Assembly (NCBI GenBank): GCA_964628585.1
Contig: CAZVMH010000004.1
Location: 9,977-73,976 of the forward strand
Reading direction: 5' to 3'
Source of the DNA: an uncultured Candidatus Saccharibacteria bacterium
GTDB taxonomy: Bacteria > Patescibacteriota > UBA1384 > XYA2-FULL-43-10 > 1-14-0-10-43-13
DNA: 64,000 nt
The translations under genes were made by a program, and so were the position numbers. Positions within the stretch are counted from its first letter, which is position 1. Each line of letters starts with the position of its first letter. This document shows positions 48,719-59,099 of this stretch, one piece after another. The notes below the pieces were generated by a model that had not been told where the DNA came from, did not search any database, and worked only from the letters and a program-made list of their open reading frames with translations.

Positions 48719-49582
48719 TTGAAGGATTATCGCAAAAAAATTCTATTATTGGGCGGAGAGGGTTTTATTGGCAGAAATATAAGCGATGTTGCATGTAAAA
48801 CATTTGATTGTTATGTGTGTGGTCCTCGAAGATCGCCCTTTTCCAATGGTAATGCAAAATTTATCCAAAAAGATCCTTACACTGAAAGAATCGATCAGAA
48901 ATTCGATGTTGTAATTAACCTTATCGACAACCAAGTTCCATACGAAAGAGTAACCGAGGAAGAGAACAAACTTCTAGAAAATATTCTAGGAACGGGTTGC
49001 CGACAGCTAATCTTTTTTTCTTCGGCTTCTGTTTATGCGGCCCCTGATTCAGAATATGCTAAACGTAAAATACTTATAGAGAAAACCTATGAGGAATTTT
49101 CGATTAGATATAAAATGAAACTACTGATACTGCGCCTTTTCAACATTTATGGACCCTACCAGCTGCCTTTTAAAAAGGGCAGCTTGGTTGCAAACATATT
49201 TTATAATCACCTTCTTGATAAACCAATTGAAATAAACGATATGCATGCCAAAAGAGATTTCATTTATGCTCCTGACATAGCCCAAATAATTTCAAGGGTG
49301 ATAGACCAAGAAATTGTCGGCACACACGACTTGGCAAGCAATAAGCTAATAACTCTTTGTGAATTATTGGAATCAATTAAAAAAGTTTTTCAACTATCAA
49401 ATTTAAATATTATTAATAAAAAAGTAAAGGATGACAGTTTCTGTCCGGAAGCCAATAGCGATCTTGTTGAAAACAAAGACCTAACCCCTCTAACAAAGGG
49501 ACTAGAGAAAACACTTCCTTTTTACAAGAAAAATCTAAGATTAATTGAGGAGATAGTACAATGCAAACAAAAAAAATTTTGA
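48719..49582 (+). CDS. NAD-dependent epimerase/dehydratase family protein (TTG start)
   Basis: KKILLLGGEGFIGRNI Rossmann motif and a YxxxK-type SDR pattern. Confidence 0.65.
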   Translation: MKDYRKKILLLGGEGFIGRNISDVACKTFDCYVCGPRRSPFSNGNAKFIQKDPYTERIDQKFDVVINLIDNQVPYERVTEEENKLLENILGTGCRQLIFFSSASVYAAPDSEYAKRKILIEKTYEEFSIRYKMKLLILRLFNIYGPYQLPFKKGSLVANIFYNHLLDKPIEINDMHAKRDFIYAPDIAQIISRVIDQEIVGTHDLASNKLITLCELLESIKKVFQLSNLNIINKKVKDDSFCPEANSDLVENKDLTPLTKGLEKTLPFYKKNLRLIEEIVQCKQKKF

Positions 49583-50973
49583 TTATTGGTGCCGGCGTTG
49601 CTGGTCAATTACTTTCTAAAAATATCAGAAAAAAACATGCTAATATTCAAATAATTGGTTTTGTTGACGATTCTAATGATTTTACAACAAAGAAAAAACT
49701 TGGCGCAATTAAAGATCTTCCGGTTATTGTTGAGGAAAAAGAGGTACAAGAAATAATAATTGCTATCCCTTCTGCATCAGGAGAATTAATTAGAAAAATC
49801 TTATTGACCCTGGAAAACAGCAGAATACCGATTAAAATAGTTCCCAGAGAACAAAGCGTAATTAGTTATGACAAGGTTGAATACTCCGATGTCAAAGGCA
49901 TTGATCTTGAGGATTTTCTAGGTAGGCCGTTCATAAAAAAAGATATTCAAAAGTTAAAAAAATTTTATACAGGTAAGAGTATATTAGTTACAGGGGGTGC
50001 GGGATCAATCGGATCTGAAATTGTTAAACAGCTTTTAAGTCTAGATGCGAAAAAGGTGACAGTCTATGATAATTCGGAATTTCTTACCTTTAATTTAGAT
50101 CAAAGCCTAAAGGAGGCAGGGATTAAAAAAAGCAGGTACCAGTTAGTTATAGGCAATATACTAAACGAAAAAAAGCTTCAGAAAGTAATTCATGGCCAAA
50201 AACCTGACATGCTTTTTCATGTTGCTGCATATAAACATGTATATCTAATGGAGGATAATCCAGAAGAGGCGATAATTAATAATGTCATTGGAACAAAGAA
50301 GGTAGTGGATTTGGCCGTAAGAAATAAAATAAAACAATTCGTATTTATTTCTACAGACAAGGCGGTTAATCCAACGAGCATTATGGGGTCAACAAAGAAA
50401 CTTGGTGAATATTATATTAAAAGTGTTGAAAAAAATTCTAATACCAAATTTACAATTGCCCGTTTTGGTAACGTCATTAATTCAAACGGATCAGTTTTGC
50501 CACTGTTTGAAAGACAAATAAGAGAAAACCATTACGTAACAATCACCCATAAAGAAATAAGACGATACTTTATGTCTATTAGAGAAGCTGCCCATCTTGT
50601 AATCAACAGTGCTTGCTATGATCAAAAAGGGAATGTTTACCTCCTGAATATGGGAAATTTAATAAATATCTATGAAGTAGCTAAATGCCTCATGCGAAGC
50701 AAAAATTTAATACCCGATAAGGACGTAAAGATAAAATTTATAGGACTTAAAAAGGGTGAAAAAATGATAGAGGAACTTTTCACTGAAAAGGAAAAGGCTA
50801 ATTTATTACAGACTGAATTAGATGATATATTTTGTTTAAAGAGTTATGGAGATTTTCCCTCTACGATAAATGACATAATTTCAAATCTTGAACTATTAGC
50901 GATAAAAAGAGATATAAGAAACCTTAAAAAAGCATTGGTGATATGCTTCTCTTCTCTTTCAAGTAAAAACTAA
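49561..50973 (+). CDS. CapD/PglF/WbpM-like polysaccharide biosynthesis protein (UDP-GlcNAc 4,6-dehydratase family)
   Basis: Two Rossmann-type motifs (KILIIGAGVAGQ; ILVTGGAGSIGSEIVKQLL) and ISTDKAVNPTSIMGSTKKLGE. Confidence 0.8.
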   Translation: MQTKKILIIGAGVAGQLLSKNIRKKHANIQIIGFVDDSNDFTTKKKLGAIKDLPVIVEEKEVQEIIIAIPSASGELIRKILLTLENSRIPIKIVPREQSVISYDKVEYSDVKGIDLEDFLGRPFIKKDIQKLKKFYTGKSILVTGGAGSIGSEIVKQLLSLDAKKVTVYDNSEFLTFNLDQSLKEAGIKKSRYQLVIGNILNEKKLQKVIHGQKPDMLFHVAAYKHVYLMEDNPEEAIINNVIGTKKVVDLAVRNKIKQFVFISTDKAVNPTSIMGSTKKLGEYYIKSVEKNSNTKFTIARFGNVINSNGSVLPLFERQIRENHYVTITHKEIRRYFMSIREAAHLVINSACYDQKGNVYLLNMGNLINIYEVAKCLMRSKNLIPDKDVKIKFIGLKKGEKMIEELFTEKEKANLLQTELDDIFCLKSYGDFPSTINDIISNLELLAIKRDIRNLKKALVICFSSLSSKN

Positions 50974-51000
50974 AAAACGTCATAACAAAACTGATTGGCT

Positions 51001-51948
51001 TTAGTCGAAGTATATATCTTTCCATAGATTAACTACATTATCCCAATACCGTAATGACATATTTTTGATCTGCCGTTTGCCAAATTTTTCTCTAATCTTT
51101 TTTGATTTAACCAACTCTTTTAGTATTTCACAGTATTGTTTGCTATTATTTGCAACCAATTCTTCTAGCCCACCATTAAATAACTCCGGATTTCCACCTG
51201 CGTTATTGGATATGCATGGAATGCCCAGCGCCATTGTCTCTTGAAGCGCAATACTAGAAACATCCTGGTAGGAAAAATACGTAAAAATATCAATTTTTTT
51301 GTAAAATTTATTTTTGTCACAAAAGCCAAGAAATTTACAATCAATACCAATTCTTTTAACTTCCTGCTTGACCACTTCTAGGTATTTTCCGCTTCCACCA
51401 ATATAGAGTTTCATGGGCGTATCGAGCGCTTTTATGATTTTTGCCAACTCTACAACGCCCCTGGCCTTATTGTAAAAACTGAATCCGGTCAGAATTCCTA
51501 GCGTAGGCTTTTTTGATTTTAGTTCGAAATCAGTTTTGATTTGGTGGGGTTTATTTGTTCCGTTTGGAACAATTAATGCATTTTTAAGGTTTAGCCTCTG
51601 GCGTAAAAATTCACAAGAGGTTGTTACAACATCTGCTGTCTTAATGGCCGTGGGATATAATTTAGACCATATTATTGGTTCTTCGGGGTAAATTCCATGT
51701 AGTGTGATAATATATTTACCTCTTAATGGGTGAAAAAAAGGTAACGCCGAATGAGTTACAGGCGAAGAGAAAGGCTCGAGTAAATAATCTTTAATTGAAT
51801 TTTTAATTGTTGAATTACAGCCAGAATTATTTAAGGCCGCTGATAAGTCCTTACCCCAACTTGTAACACCGCCAGGATTGTGGGGAAGAAAGATATTAAC
51901 TTTGTTGATTGATTTGTTTTGCATTGGCATTATTGAATAATTTTCCAA
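51001..51948 (-). CDS. Glycosyltransferase family 4 (GT-B)
   Basis: C-terminal ETMALGIPCISNNAGGNPE motif. Confidence 0.65.
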   Translation of the reverse strand: MENYSIMPMQNKSINKVNIFLPHNPGGVTSWGKDLSAALNNSGCNSTIKNSIKDYLLEPFSSPVTHSALPFFHPLRGKYIITLHGIYPEEPIIWSKLYPTAIKTADVVTTSCEFLRQRLNLKNALIVPNGTNKPHQIKTDFELKSKKPTLGILTGFSFYNKARGVVELAKIIKALDTPMKLYIGGSGKYLEVVKQEVKRIGIDCKFLGFCDKNKFYKKIDIFTYFSYQDVSSIALQETMALGIPCISNNAGGNPELFNGGLEELVANNSKQYCEILKELVKSKKIREKFGKRQIKNMSLRYWDNVVNLWKDIYFD

Positions 51949-54020
51949 ATCTTTACTTTATTTTTACTGTATATATTTTTAAAATCAGGTGAGTTATCGA
52001 ATTTCTTTAAATTAGCCGAATAGAAATTGAAATCCCTCCACCAAGTTCTTGTGCCATATAAGCTGTTAAATTTTTCTTCGGAATATAGGATATATTTATC
52101 ATTTTTTTCGATAGAATCAATATATTCCTGAATTTTTTTTTGTTCTTTTTTTAATTCGAGGTATTCTTTCATATCCGCCGCATTGGTAGTGGGGTTGTAA
52201 GAAGCAAAATATTCAGAGAATAAAATTCCAGTCCTGTTTTCAATTTGTGATTTTAAAAGAAGCTGGTTATTTTCATTTTTTTTCAAATTAGAATAAGGTT
52301 TATCCGTAAGTATTCCAACGCTTCCTGCGTCTGAATTGGATAAAAAGAATTGCTTATCTGGAACAATTAGGTTTCGATCGGAAAAATACTCAATCATTGG
52401 AAAATTGCCTGCTTGGCTAACAATATATGAGTTTTCAGATACATTGTTTTTAAGAAACATTGCCGATTCGTATTCTGACTTAGCTGTCCATCCTCCTTTT
52501 GCCCAAGTAATGAAGAATGATAAACAAATACTGCAACCAAATAAAACCATAAAAGTAAAAACAACTTTTTTATTTCTGGTATTAAAAACAAACGCGATTG
52601 AGGGGATAGCTAATAATACCAAGCTCATCGCGACAAAAAGCCAAGCCCGATCAGGAAGATAAGCAAGGCCAACCCTGGGAAATATTTCAGCAATCATAAA
52701 AAAGAATATAAAGCATCCCAAATAAGTTTTGTTAACAGAGGAAATTCTTAATTTCTTTGCTTTATAAAAAGCATATATAAAAACTGGCAAAACTAGAGGA
52801 CCGAGGTTATACCCATAATATAATACTGCCGTAAACCCTGGCCATCCCATCTGGTTTCCGTCCACATTTTTGTAGTTGTCAATAAACCACAAATTAAGTT
52901 GCGGGTGAATTAAATAGTTTATGAATGATGGGACAAAGTTCATGATCATTGAAACAAAACCTAGATCTACAAGCCACGGATATACCAGAACCAATAATAA
53001 CAAACCGATAGAAGAACTTAGGATTGGATACTTAATTATTAACTTCCAAAAAAAGGCAATTATGGTGGCCAACAGGAGAAGTAAATTAAAAAGGAAAAAT
53101 ACATGAATCTTTATACCTATAAGAGAGAACAACATAAGAATCGCTATTTTTGCAATATTTCCTGGCTCTTTTGATTTAAGAATATCAACGATTATATACA
53201 AAAAAACAGGAAGAGTTATAAGGAATATTGACTGAGGTCTGGTTACTAATATTTCCATTACTATCACTGGAAAAGAAAGGAAGACCAATGATGATAATAA
53301 AATCGCAGTTTTATTTTTTGTAATCGAAGAGCTTATTGAATAGAAAACAACAACCAATAAGCCGCTAAGCATGGGAAATATTAGTTTAAATAGCCAATAT
53401 GCAGGTATTTTAGTAATAAGGGTCAAAGACCAGACTAGCGATAAAAAAATTGGACGGGCTTCATCGCCTGGCATTTTATGGGAAGAAAGAATCTCTCTTA
53501 TCTTAATAAGATATACATAAGGGTCCGCTTCCGGTATGAAAGGGTAAATTAGTAAGTTTACGGTAATGACTAGGAAAAAAGTTATTAAAGCGGCTATTAA
53601 CACAGGATGTTTTTTAAGAAACGCCAAACTTGTTGGCGTTGCAGTATTAGTCTTTTTATTAAAAAACATCGTTATAGATAGACCCAAAAAGCTCAGGAGG
53701 TACATGGAAAATACAGCACCTAATGTAATTTTAAGATCACCAAAATTATTGAGAAACAGAGAAATTGCATAAACAACGGTAGGGGTAATAAAAAAAGAAA
53801 ACAATAAAGTCCAGAGCAAGGCGGTTATTAAATTTGTTTTTAATTTGGTGGCTTGCTCCATTAACCAGGTTAAGTTAAAGCCAATGATGAAAAATATTGG
53901 CAGGCCGAATATATAAAGAAAATAGGGGAAGTGGAACAAATAATAAACTAAATAAGAAACTGCATAAAGGCATAGTATTAAGTAGTTTATTTTTAATATG
54001 AATCTATTGTTTTGGTACAT
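51930..54020 (-). CDS. Large polytopic membrane protein, candidate GT-C fold glycosyltransferase/polymerase
   Basis: 696 aa, at least 12 predicted TM helices and a C-terminal soluble domain of about 200 aa. Next to GT4 and GT2 genes. Confidence 0.4.
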   Translation of the reverse strand: MYQNNRFILKINYLILCLYAVSYLVYYLFHFPYFLYIFGLPIFFIIGFNLTWLMEQATKLKTNLITALLWTLLFSFFITPTVVYAISLFLNNFGDLKITLGAVFSMYLLSFLGLSITMFFNKKTNTATPTSLAFLKKHPVLIAALITFFLVITVNLLIYPFIPEADPYVYLIKIREILSSHKMPGDEARPIFLSLVWSLTLITKIPAYWLFKLIFPMLSGLLVVVFYSISSSITKNKTAILLSSLVFLSFPVIVMEILVTRPQSIFLITLPVFLYIIVDILKSKEPGNIAKIAILMLFSLIGIKIHVFFLFNLLLLLATIIAFFWKLIIKYPILSSSIGLLLLVLVYPWLVDLGFVSMIMNFVPSFINYLIHPQLNLWFIDNYKNVDGNQMGWPGFTAVLYYGYNLGPLVLPVFIYAFYKAKKLRISSVNKTYLGCFIFFFMIAEIFPRVGLAYLPDRAWLFVAMSLVLLAIPSIAFVFNTRNKKVVFTFMVLFGCSICLSFFITWAKGGWTAKSEYESAMFLKNNVSENSYIVSQAGNFPMIEYFSDRNLIVPDKQFFLSNSDAGSVGILTDKPYSNLKKNENNQLLLKSQIENRTGILFSEYFASYNPTTNAADMKEYLELKKEQKKIQEYIDSIEKNDKYILYSEEKFNSLYGTRTWWRDFNFYSANLKKFDNSPDFKNIYSKNKVKIWKIIQ

Positions 54021-55122
54021 TGTCTTGGAGGTAGACCATTAATTTTTTAACGTTGTTATTCCAATCGTATTTTTGTTCTATTTTTTTTCTTACCGAAATC
54101 CCAAAATCAACTATTTTTTGCCTGTTTTTTATTAGGATCAGCAATTTTTTGCTAAGAATAGCGGGATTATGCGGAGGTATTAAAAAACCATTTTTTCCAT
54201 TCTCAATTATTTCTCTGGTCCCTCCTACGTCGGTTGCAATAATTGCCTGACCCATTGCACCTGCTTCTAGTACCGATGTTGGCATTCCCTCGGAATACGA
54301 AGGGTTAACAAATATCGAACTCTTATTAAGGATATTTTTGATTTGAATTGAGTTCTTCTTGCCTGTAAAAACAATAGAGGGATCGTCACCGGCCAGCTTT
54401 TCAAGAAAATCTTTATAATTACCGTCCCCAACAATTATAAGCTTCATTGGTTTTTCCGAAATGTCTTTGAATGCCCTGATTAGGTCTTGGACACCTTTTC
54501 CCTCTATCAATCTCCCTACAAATGTAATTGTTATCTCTTTCTTTGATGTAATGCTAGGTTTATAAAAATTGGTATCCACGCAATTATAAAAAACTTTAAT
54601 GTCCTTAGCTCCAAGGGTAGCTGAAAAATCGGCAGAAGACTTTGAAATTGCTAAGCATTTGTTTGCTGAAGTAAAAACAACCCTGCCTAAGGTAATATCG
54701 TAAAGATAAGCTATAAAACTTGTTAGCGGATTGCTTAACTTGGGATGACCAGTTCCAAGTTCAAAGTGAAAAGATTTAACTTTATATTTTTTTGCTAAAA
54801 AGATCCCCCATAATGATAATGGAAAAAATCTAGTATTAGTAAAGATGGCATTAAATTTTGTTTTAAAAATATCTTTTAATAGTAGCTTGTTTTTTTTGCA
54901 GATTTTCGGAATAGGAAAAACTCCTCCGGCTACATTTCTTGTCTCTAATCGTACTATTTCTATTCCTTGCACTTTTTCTTTGTTCGGTTCATTTCCAATT
55001 CTTGAAGATATTACAACTATCTTAAAATTGTTCTTGGCTAATCGAGTAGCAATTTCCCAAACAAATTGTTCAAGACCACCTTTATGGGGATAAAAATACG
55101 GAGAAAATATTGCAATATTCAT
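54004..55122 (-). CDS. Glycosyltransferase family 4
   Basis: YSEGMPTSVLEAGAMGQAIIATDVGGTREII motif. Confidence 0.8.
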   Translation of the reverse strand: MNIAIFSPYFYPHKGGLEQFVWEIATRLAKNNFKIVVISSRIGNEPNKEKVQGIEIVRLETRNVAGGVFPIPKICKKNKLLLKDIFKTKFNAIFTNTRFFPLSLWGIFLAKKYKVKSFHFELGTGHPKLSNPLTSFIAYLYDITLGRVVFTSANKCLAISKSSADFSATLGAKDIKVFYNCVDTNFYKPSITSKKEITITFVGRLIEGKGVQDLIRAFKDISEKPMKLIIVGDGNYKDFLEKLAGDDPSIVFTGKKNSIQIKNILNKSSIFVNPSYSEGMPTSVLEAGAMGQAIIATDVGGTREIIENGKNGFLIPPHNPAILSKKLLILIKNRQKIVDFGISVRKKIEQKYDWNNNVKKLMVYLQDNVPKQ

Positions 55123-55463
55123 TTTTCTTTTTCAATATTACTCAGGCCTAATTTAATCACTAGGTCATGCAGCTTTCGTTCTAAACGGTTAGCCTTAATA
55201 TAAATTCTGTAAGTTATGAAAAATAGGAGAATAAAAGCAATTCCAACAAAAGTTCCAATTCCAATGTTTTCTTTTGATAATCTCTGCATTGTCGAATATA
55301 TTTTGTCAGGGAATATGGCAGCACAAATTATAAAAAGCCATGTTACTGTCCAGAAAAGAAGCATTACTATGGTTTCTGCTCCTTTTTTGTAATCGTAGTA
55401 TGTTTTAGTTATTACGGTAAACCCCAAGAAGAAAGAAAGAAATTTGATAAAGTAAATAAACAT
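55119..55463 (-). CDS. Small membrane protein (DUF2304-like GT2 companion)
   Basis: 114 aa, 3 TM. Overlaps the upstream GT2 stop by 1 nt. Confidence 0.4.
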   Translation of the reverse strand: MFIYFIKFLSFFLGFTVITKTYYDYKKGAETIVMLLFWTVTWLFIICAAIFPDKIYSTMQRLSKENIGIGTFVGIAFILLFFITYRIYIKANRLERKLHDLVIKLGLSNIEKEK

Positions 55464-56149
55464 TATTTTCCGATTAATCTAATTGTTAAAAGACGTGTAA
55501 ATATATTTATACCGTTTAACCATAATTGACCTTTTTTAATGGAGTAGTCAGTATAAATTGTTTGGATAGGAATTTCTATAATTTTGAGTTTATTTCTCTT
55601 CGCTTCGCCAATCATCTCAGAACAAACTTCATGGCCTGAAGTCCTTAGGGAGATTTTTTGTAAAGCATCCCTCGATAAAGCTCTTGCTCCTGATTGGGAA
55701 TCTGATACCCAAATGCCATAAATTAAGAATGTAATTAAGTTCATTATCTTATTGCCATAAACCTTAAATTTGGGCATTCCTTTAGTTTTAAACATTCTGC
55801 TTCCGTTAACAAAATCGGCTTCACCCAGCACAATAGGCTTAATTAAATTTGCAATGTCCTTTGGCGAATGTTGACCGTCCCCATCTATAGTAACAGCCAT
55901 ATCACAACCAAGTTTTTTAGCCAGCTTAAAACCAGTGGAAAATGCTGCTCCCTGGCCCAGGTTCACAACATGTTTAAGGGTAAAATCAGCCATTTTTTTG
56001 GCCTCTGCATAAGTATTATCCAAGGAACCATCGTCGACTACGATAGAGATTATTTTTCTTACACTCTTTAATTTTTTAGGTAAAGAAAAGAGCACCTTTT
56101 TGATTGCGCCCTCTTCATTATATGCCGGTATAATTATCGCCAGTTTCAT
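55463..56149 (-). CDS. GT2-family polyprenol-phosphate sugar synthase (DPM-synthase/ArnC-like)
   Basis: LAIIIPAYNEEGAI, VVDDGSLDNT, DGDGQH motifs. Confidence 0.8.
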   Translation of the reverse strand: MKLAIIIPAYNEEGAIKKVLFSLPKKLKSVRKIISIVVDDGSLDNTYAEAKKMADFTLKHVVNLGQGAAFSTGFKLAKKLGCDMAVTIDGDGQHSPKDIANLIKPIVLGEADFVNGSRMFKTKGMPKFKVYGNKIMNLITFLIYGIWVSDSQSGARALSRDALQKISLRTSGHEVCSEMIGEAKRNKLKIIEIPIQTIYTDYSIKKGQLWLNGINIFTRLLTIRLIGK

Positions 56150-56219
56150 GTTTGATCCTTATTTTTTTAAATTACCAAAGAGTTGTGAGACAAGCAAGCT
56201 TATCTCAGCAGAAAAACCA

Positions 56220-57749
56220 TTACTTTCTTTTTACTCTATAGATTTTCACCTCGTTAATGGGACTAGTATATGTATACTCAAGTGAAATATCTTTTTCAAT
56301 TTGTCCCTCCAGCTCTTTTGGTATCCCAACTGGCACTGTGCTTGGCAACCAGCCCTTTTGCTTATCAACCACATAGAAATAATCAAAATTATTAATAATG
56401 TATGTTCCGGAGTAACTACTGTCATATGAAACGAAAGTGCCGTTCGTATAAAAAATTGGAAGATATGTGTTTAAACCAAAAACCAAGATTCTGTTCGCTC
56501 TTTGGCCCGAGAGGAACTGTACTGCCTTCATATCGGCGTCAGTCATTCTTATCTTTGTGTTATAGTTTAAGGCGATAAGCAGTCGGTCACGAAAGGATAG
56601 AGAAAAAATAATTAAAATAAGAAGAATGAAAGGCGGAAGCATTTTTTTATGATGCTTTTTAATATAATCAATCATGTAGACAATTGTTCCTCCGGCAGAT
56701 ATAGAAAGAGGTACAATTAAATCTCTAACCAATCGATATGGGTAGGAAACAAAAGATGTCCTTGATACGATAAAATAAGTTACTATCATAATAGAAATCA
56801 TAAACATGACCGGGACTTTTCTTGAACCTTTTATGTATCCGGCAATTGGGTTTGCGACAACCCCTAAAAAACCAAAGATAATTGCTAAAAAACCCAATTC
56901 TAAAGGATACACTCTAAGTGACCAGGGAGTGTCTATGATGTTTCTTTGTAAAGAAATATAAGGTGGATAAGACAAAAATTTAATTCCAGTAAAATTGTTT
57001 GCCAATGCCTTAGCGGAGGCAAAAGTATCTGTTTGCAAAAAGATAAATAAAAACAGGGCAATTAATACTAAATAGCCAAATAGAAAGAATGCACTTTTTT
57101 TAGCAGACCATTCTTTTTTGAAGTAGAAAAAAATTATAACCACCAATAACCAGACAAAAAATATCATTAACACAGAAGCTGTCGTGAAATGGTGTGTTGT
57201 TAAGATTAGTCCAAAAATAATTAAGAGCAAAATAATAGCAACAATCTTTTTGGTGATTTCTTTGCTGATTAATAAATAACAGAGGACTGCCAATAACAAA
57301 GGCCAAAGAATGTGCGAGGCTAGTAAGTTAGGGAACATTCCATCATTTTGGGTTGTAATACTGGAGTTTGCCGTCAAGCCGTAAATAGCCATGGCAATTA
57401 ATCCCTGCCATTTACCGAATAGGGAATTAGCACAGATGAAGATCGATACTGAAGCAAAAATGATTAATGAGGGATAAGTCCAAACGATAGTTTGCATTAA
57501 ATCAGTTTTTGCAACTTTGGAAATCAAGAGAATAGAATAATGGTATAGCGGTGGATATGCTCCGCTAAAAAAAGAACTGAAAAAACCGTTATTCTCTAGC
57601 CACTTTGCAATATTATAGTGGTTTAAAGAGTCTTCTCCTGGTGGCACATGATAATGGAATCTAATTGTTCCGTAATATTGAATGAAAATAAGTACAATCA
57701 AAACAATTGAAAATAATAGCCAAAATTTTGCGTTTTGCTTCTTTTCCAT
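56220..57749 (-). CDS. Polytopic membrane protein, candidate GT-C glycosyltransferase using a lipid-phosphate-sugar donor
   Basis: 509 aa, about 11 TM. First extracytoplasmic loop carries PPGEDSLNHY, an acidic motif reminiscent of ArnT/PMT-type GT-C enzymes. Confidence 0.4.
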   Translation of the reverse strand: MEKKQNAKFWLLFSIVLIVLIFIQYYGTIRFHYHVPPGEDSLNHYNIAKWLENNGFFSSFFSGAYPPLYHYSILLISKVAKTDLMQTIVWTYPSLIIFASVSIFICANSLFGKWQGLIAMAIYGLTANSSITTQNDGMFPNLLASHILWPLLLAVLCYLLISKEITKKIVAIILLLIIFGLILTTHHFTTASVLMIFFVWLLVVIIFFYFKKEWSAKKSAFFLFGYLVLIALFLFIFLQTDTFASAKALANNFTGIKFLSYPPYISLQRNIIDTPWSLRVYPLELGFLAIIFGFLGVVANPIAGYIKGSRKVPVMFMISIMIVTYFIVSRTSFVSYPYRLVRDLIVPLSISAGGTIVYMIDYIKKHHKKMLPPFILLILIIFSLSFRDRLLIALNYNTKIRMTDADMKAVQFLSGQRANRILVFGLNTYLPIFYTNGTFVSYDSSYSGTYIINNFDYFYVVDKQKGWLPSTVPVGIPKELEGQIEKDISLEYTYTSPINEVKIYRVKRK

Positions 57750-57811
57750 TGTATTTAATATACATAATTCATCATTAACTTGCCAGCCTCTGAAAAATCG
57801 ACTATCATTAA

Positions 57812-57916
57812 TTTGTTATCAAGAGAGACGTTAGGGAATTGGCCCAATGACCGTCCAGCAACCCTAGGCTTAGCCGTTAGGGTGCTAAATCCAAGCCGTA
57901 AGGCAAGATAATACTA
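57812..57916 (+). promoter_or_regulatory. SAM-I (S-box) riboswitch aptamer upstream of metK
   Basis: TTATCAAGAGAGACGTTAGGGAATTGGCCCAATGACCGTCCAGCAACC...GGTGCTAAATCC...GATAAT matches the SAM-I consensus (UUAUCAAGAGNGG...GGGA.UGGCCC.AUGA...CC.GCAACC...GGUGCUAAUUCC). P1 is gttatc / gataat. Confidence 0.85.
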
Positions 57917-57917
57917 C

Positions 57918-57947
57918 TCTTGCTCTCGGTGCAAGATTTTTTATTTT
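57918..57947 (+). terminator. Riboswitch expression-platform terminator (with alternative antiterminator pairing)
   Basis: tcttgc-tctcggt-gcaaga hairpin followed by ttttttatttt. The same tcttgc can pair with gcaaga at 57903..57908, overlapping the 3' side of P1. Confidence 0.6.
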
Positions 57948-57957
57948 AGGAGACAAA

Positions 57958-59091
57958 ATGGAGACAAGGCTTTTTACTTCAGAATCTGTCACTGAAGGAC
58001 ACCCGGATAAAGTTGCCGACCAGGTATCCGATGGCATACTTGATGCGCTGTTAGAACAGGATCCAAGGAGCAGAGTTGCAGTTGAGACATTTATAACCAA
58101 CGGCTTGGCTGTTGTGGCTGGTGAAGTAACAACTAAGGCAAAAATTGATATGGCAAAAATTGCCCGCAAAATTATCGCTGAAATTGGTTACGATGGCTGC
58201 GGTTTTCATTTCTCAAAAAGTGGAGTGATGGTTGCGGTTAAAGAACAGTCTCCAGACATTGCTCAGGGCGTTGATAGCGATGATTTAGAGAATCTTGGAG
58301 CAGGCGATCAGGGTATGATGTTTGGTTATGCTTGTAATGAAACACCAGAGCTAATGCCTCTTCCAATCATATTGTCCCAAAGACTTTGTCAGAAATTAGC
58401 CGAAGTGCGAAAGAAGAATGTAATTCAAGGCCTTTATCCGGATGGAAAATCGCAAGTTACTGTAGAATATAAAGACGGTCTTTCTTCTAGAATCCATACG
58501 GTATTAATTGCCTCCCAACACGCAGAAGAAAAAGAACATAAAAAATTAAAGGAAGAGATCACCAACAAAGTGATTAAACCGGTTCTAAAAGAATATGGCT
58601 ATGAAATTGACAGCAAGACTAAGGTTTATGTAAATACAACCGGAAAATTTGTAGTGGGCGGTCCAGAGGGCGACACAGGGTTGACCGGACGCAAAATCAT
58701 TGTAGATACCTATGGTGGAATGGCACGTCATGGAGGCGGAGCATTTTCGGGCAAAGATCCATCTAAAGTAGATAGAAGTGGTGCATACGCTTCTCGTTGG
58801 GTCGCTAAAAGCATAGTTGCCTCGGGCTTGGCCGATAAGTGTGAGGTTCAGTTAGCATATGCTATTGGTAAACCAGAACCACTTTCTATATACGTAAATA
58901 CATTTGGCACAAGCGAATACTCCGATGAAGAAATTGTGGCAAAAATTAAAGAGAACTTTGATTTGAGACCAGGCATGATTATAAAAAATCTAAAATTACG
59001 CCGTCCTCAATATCAACAGATCGCGGCCTACGGCCATTTCGGCCGACCAGAGTTAGATTTGGCTTGGGAAAAAGTGAAAAAAATCAAATAG
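57958..59091 (+). CDS. metK: S-adenosylmethionine synthetase
   Basis: [59 protein letters not shown] motifs. Confidence 0.95.
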   Translation: METRLFTSESVTEGHPDKVADQVSDGILDALLEQDPRSRVAVETFITNGLAVVAGEVTTKAKIDMAKIARKIIAEIGYDGCGFHFSKSGVMVAVKEQSPDIAQGVDSDDLENLGAGDQGMMFGYACNETPELMPLPIILSQRLCQKLAEVRKKNVIQGLYPDGKSQVTVEYKDGLSSRIHTVLIASQHAEEKEHKKLKEEITNKVIKPVLKEYGYEIDSKTKVYVNTTGKFVVGGPEGDTGLTGRKIIVDTYGGMARHGGGAFSGKDPSKVDRSGAYASRWVAKSIVASGLADKCEVQLAYAIGKPEPLSIYVNTFGTSEYSDEEIVAKIKENFDLRPGMIIKNLKLRRPQYQQIAAYGHFGRPELDLAWEKVKKIK

Positions 59092-59099
59092 TTCTAAGC

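Noticed and set aside
57885-58169. 94-aa minus-strand ORF
   Set aside because: It overlaps the SAM-I riboswitch and the conserved 5' end of metK on the opposite strand, and has no motif support.
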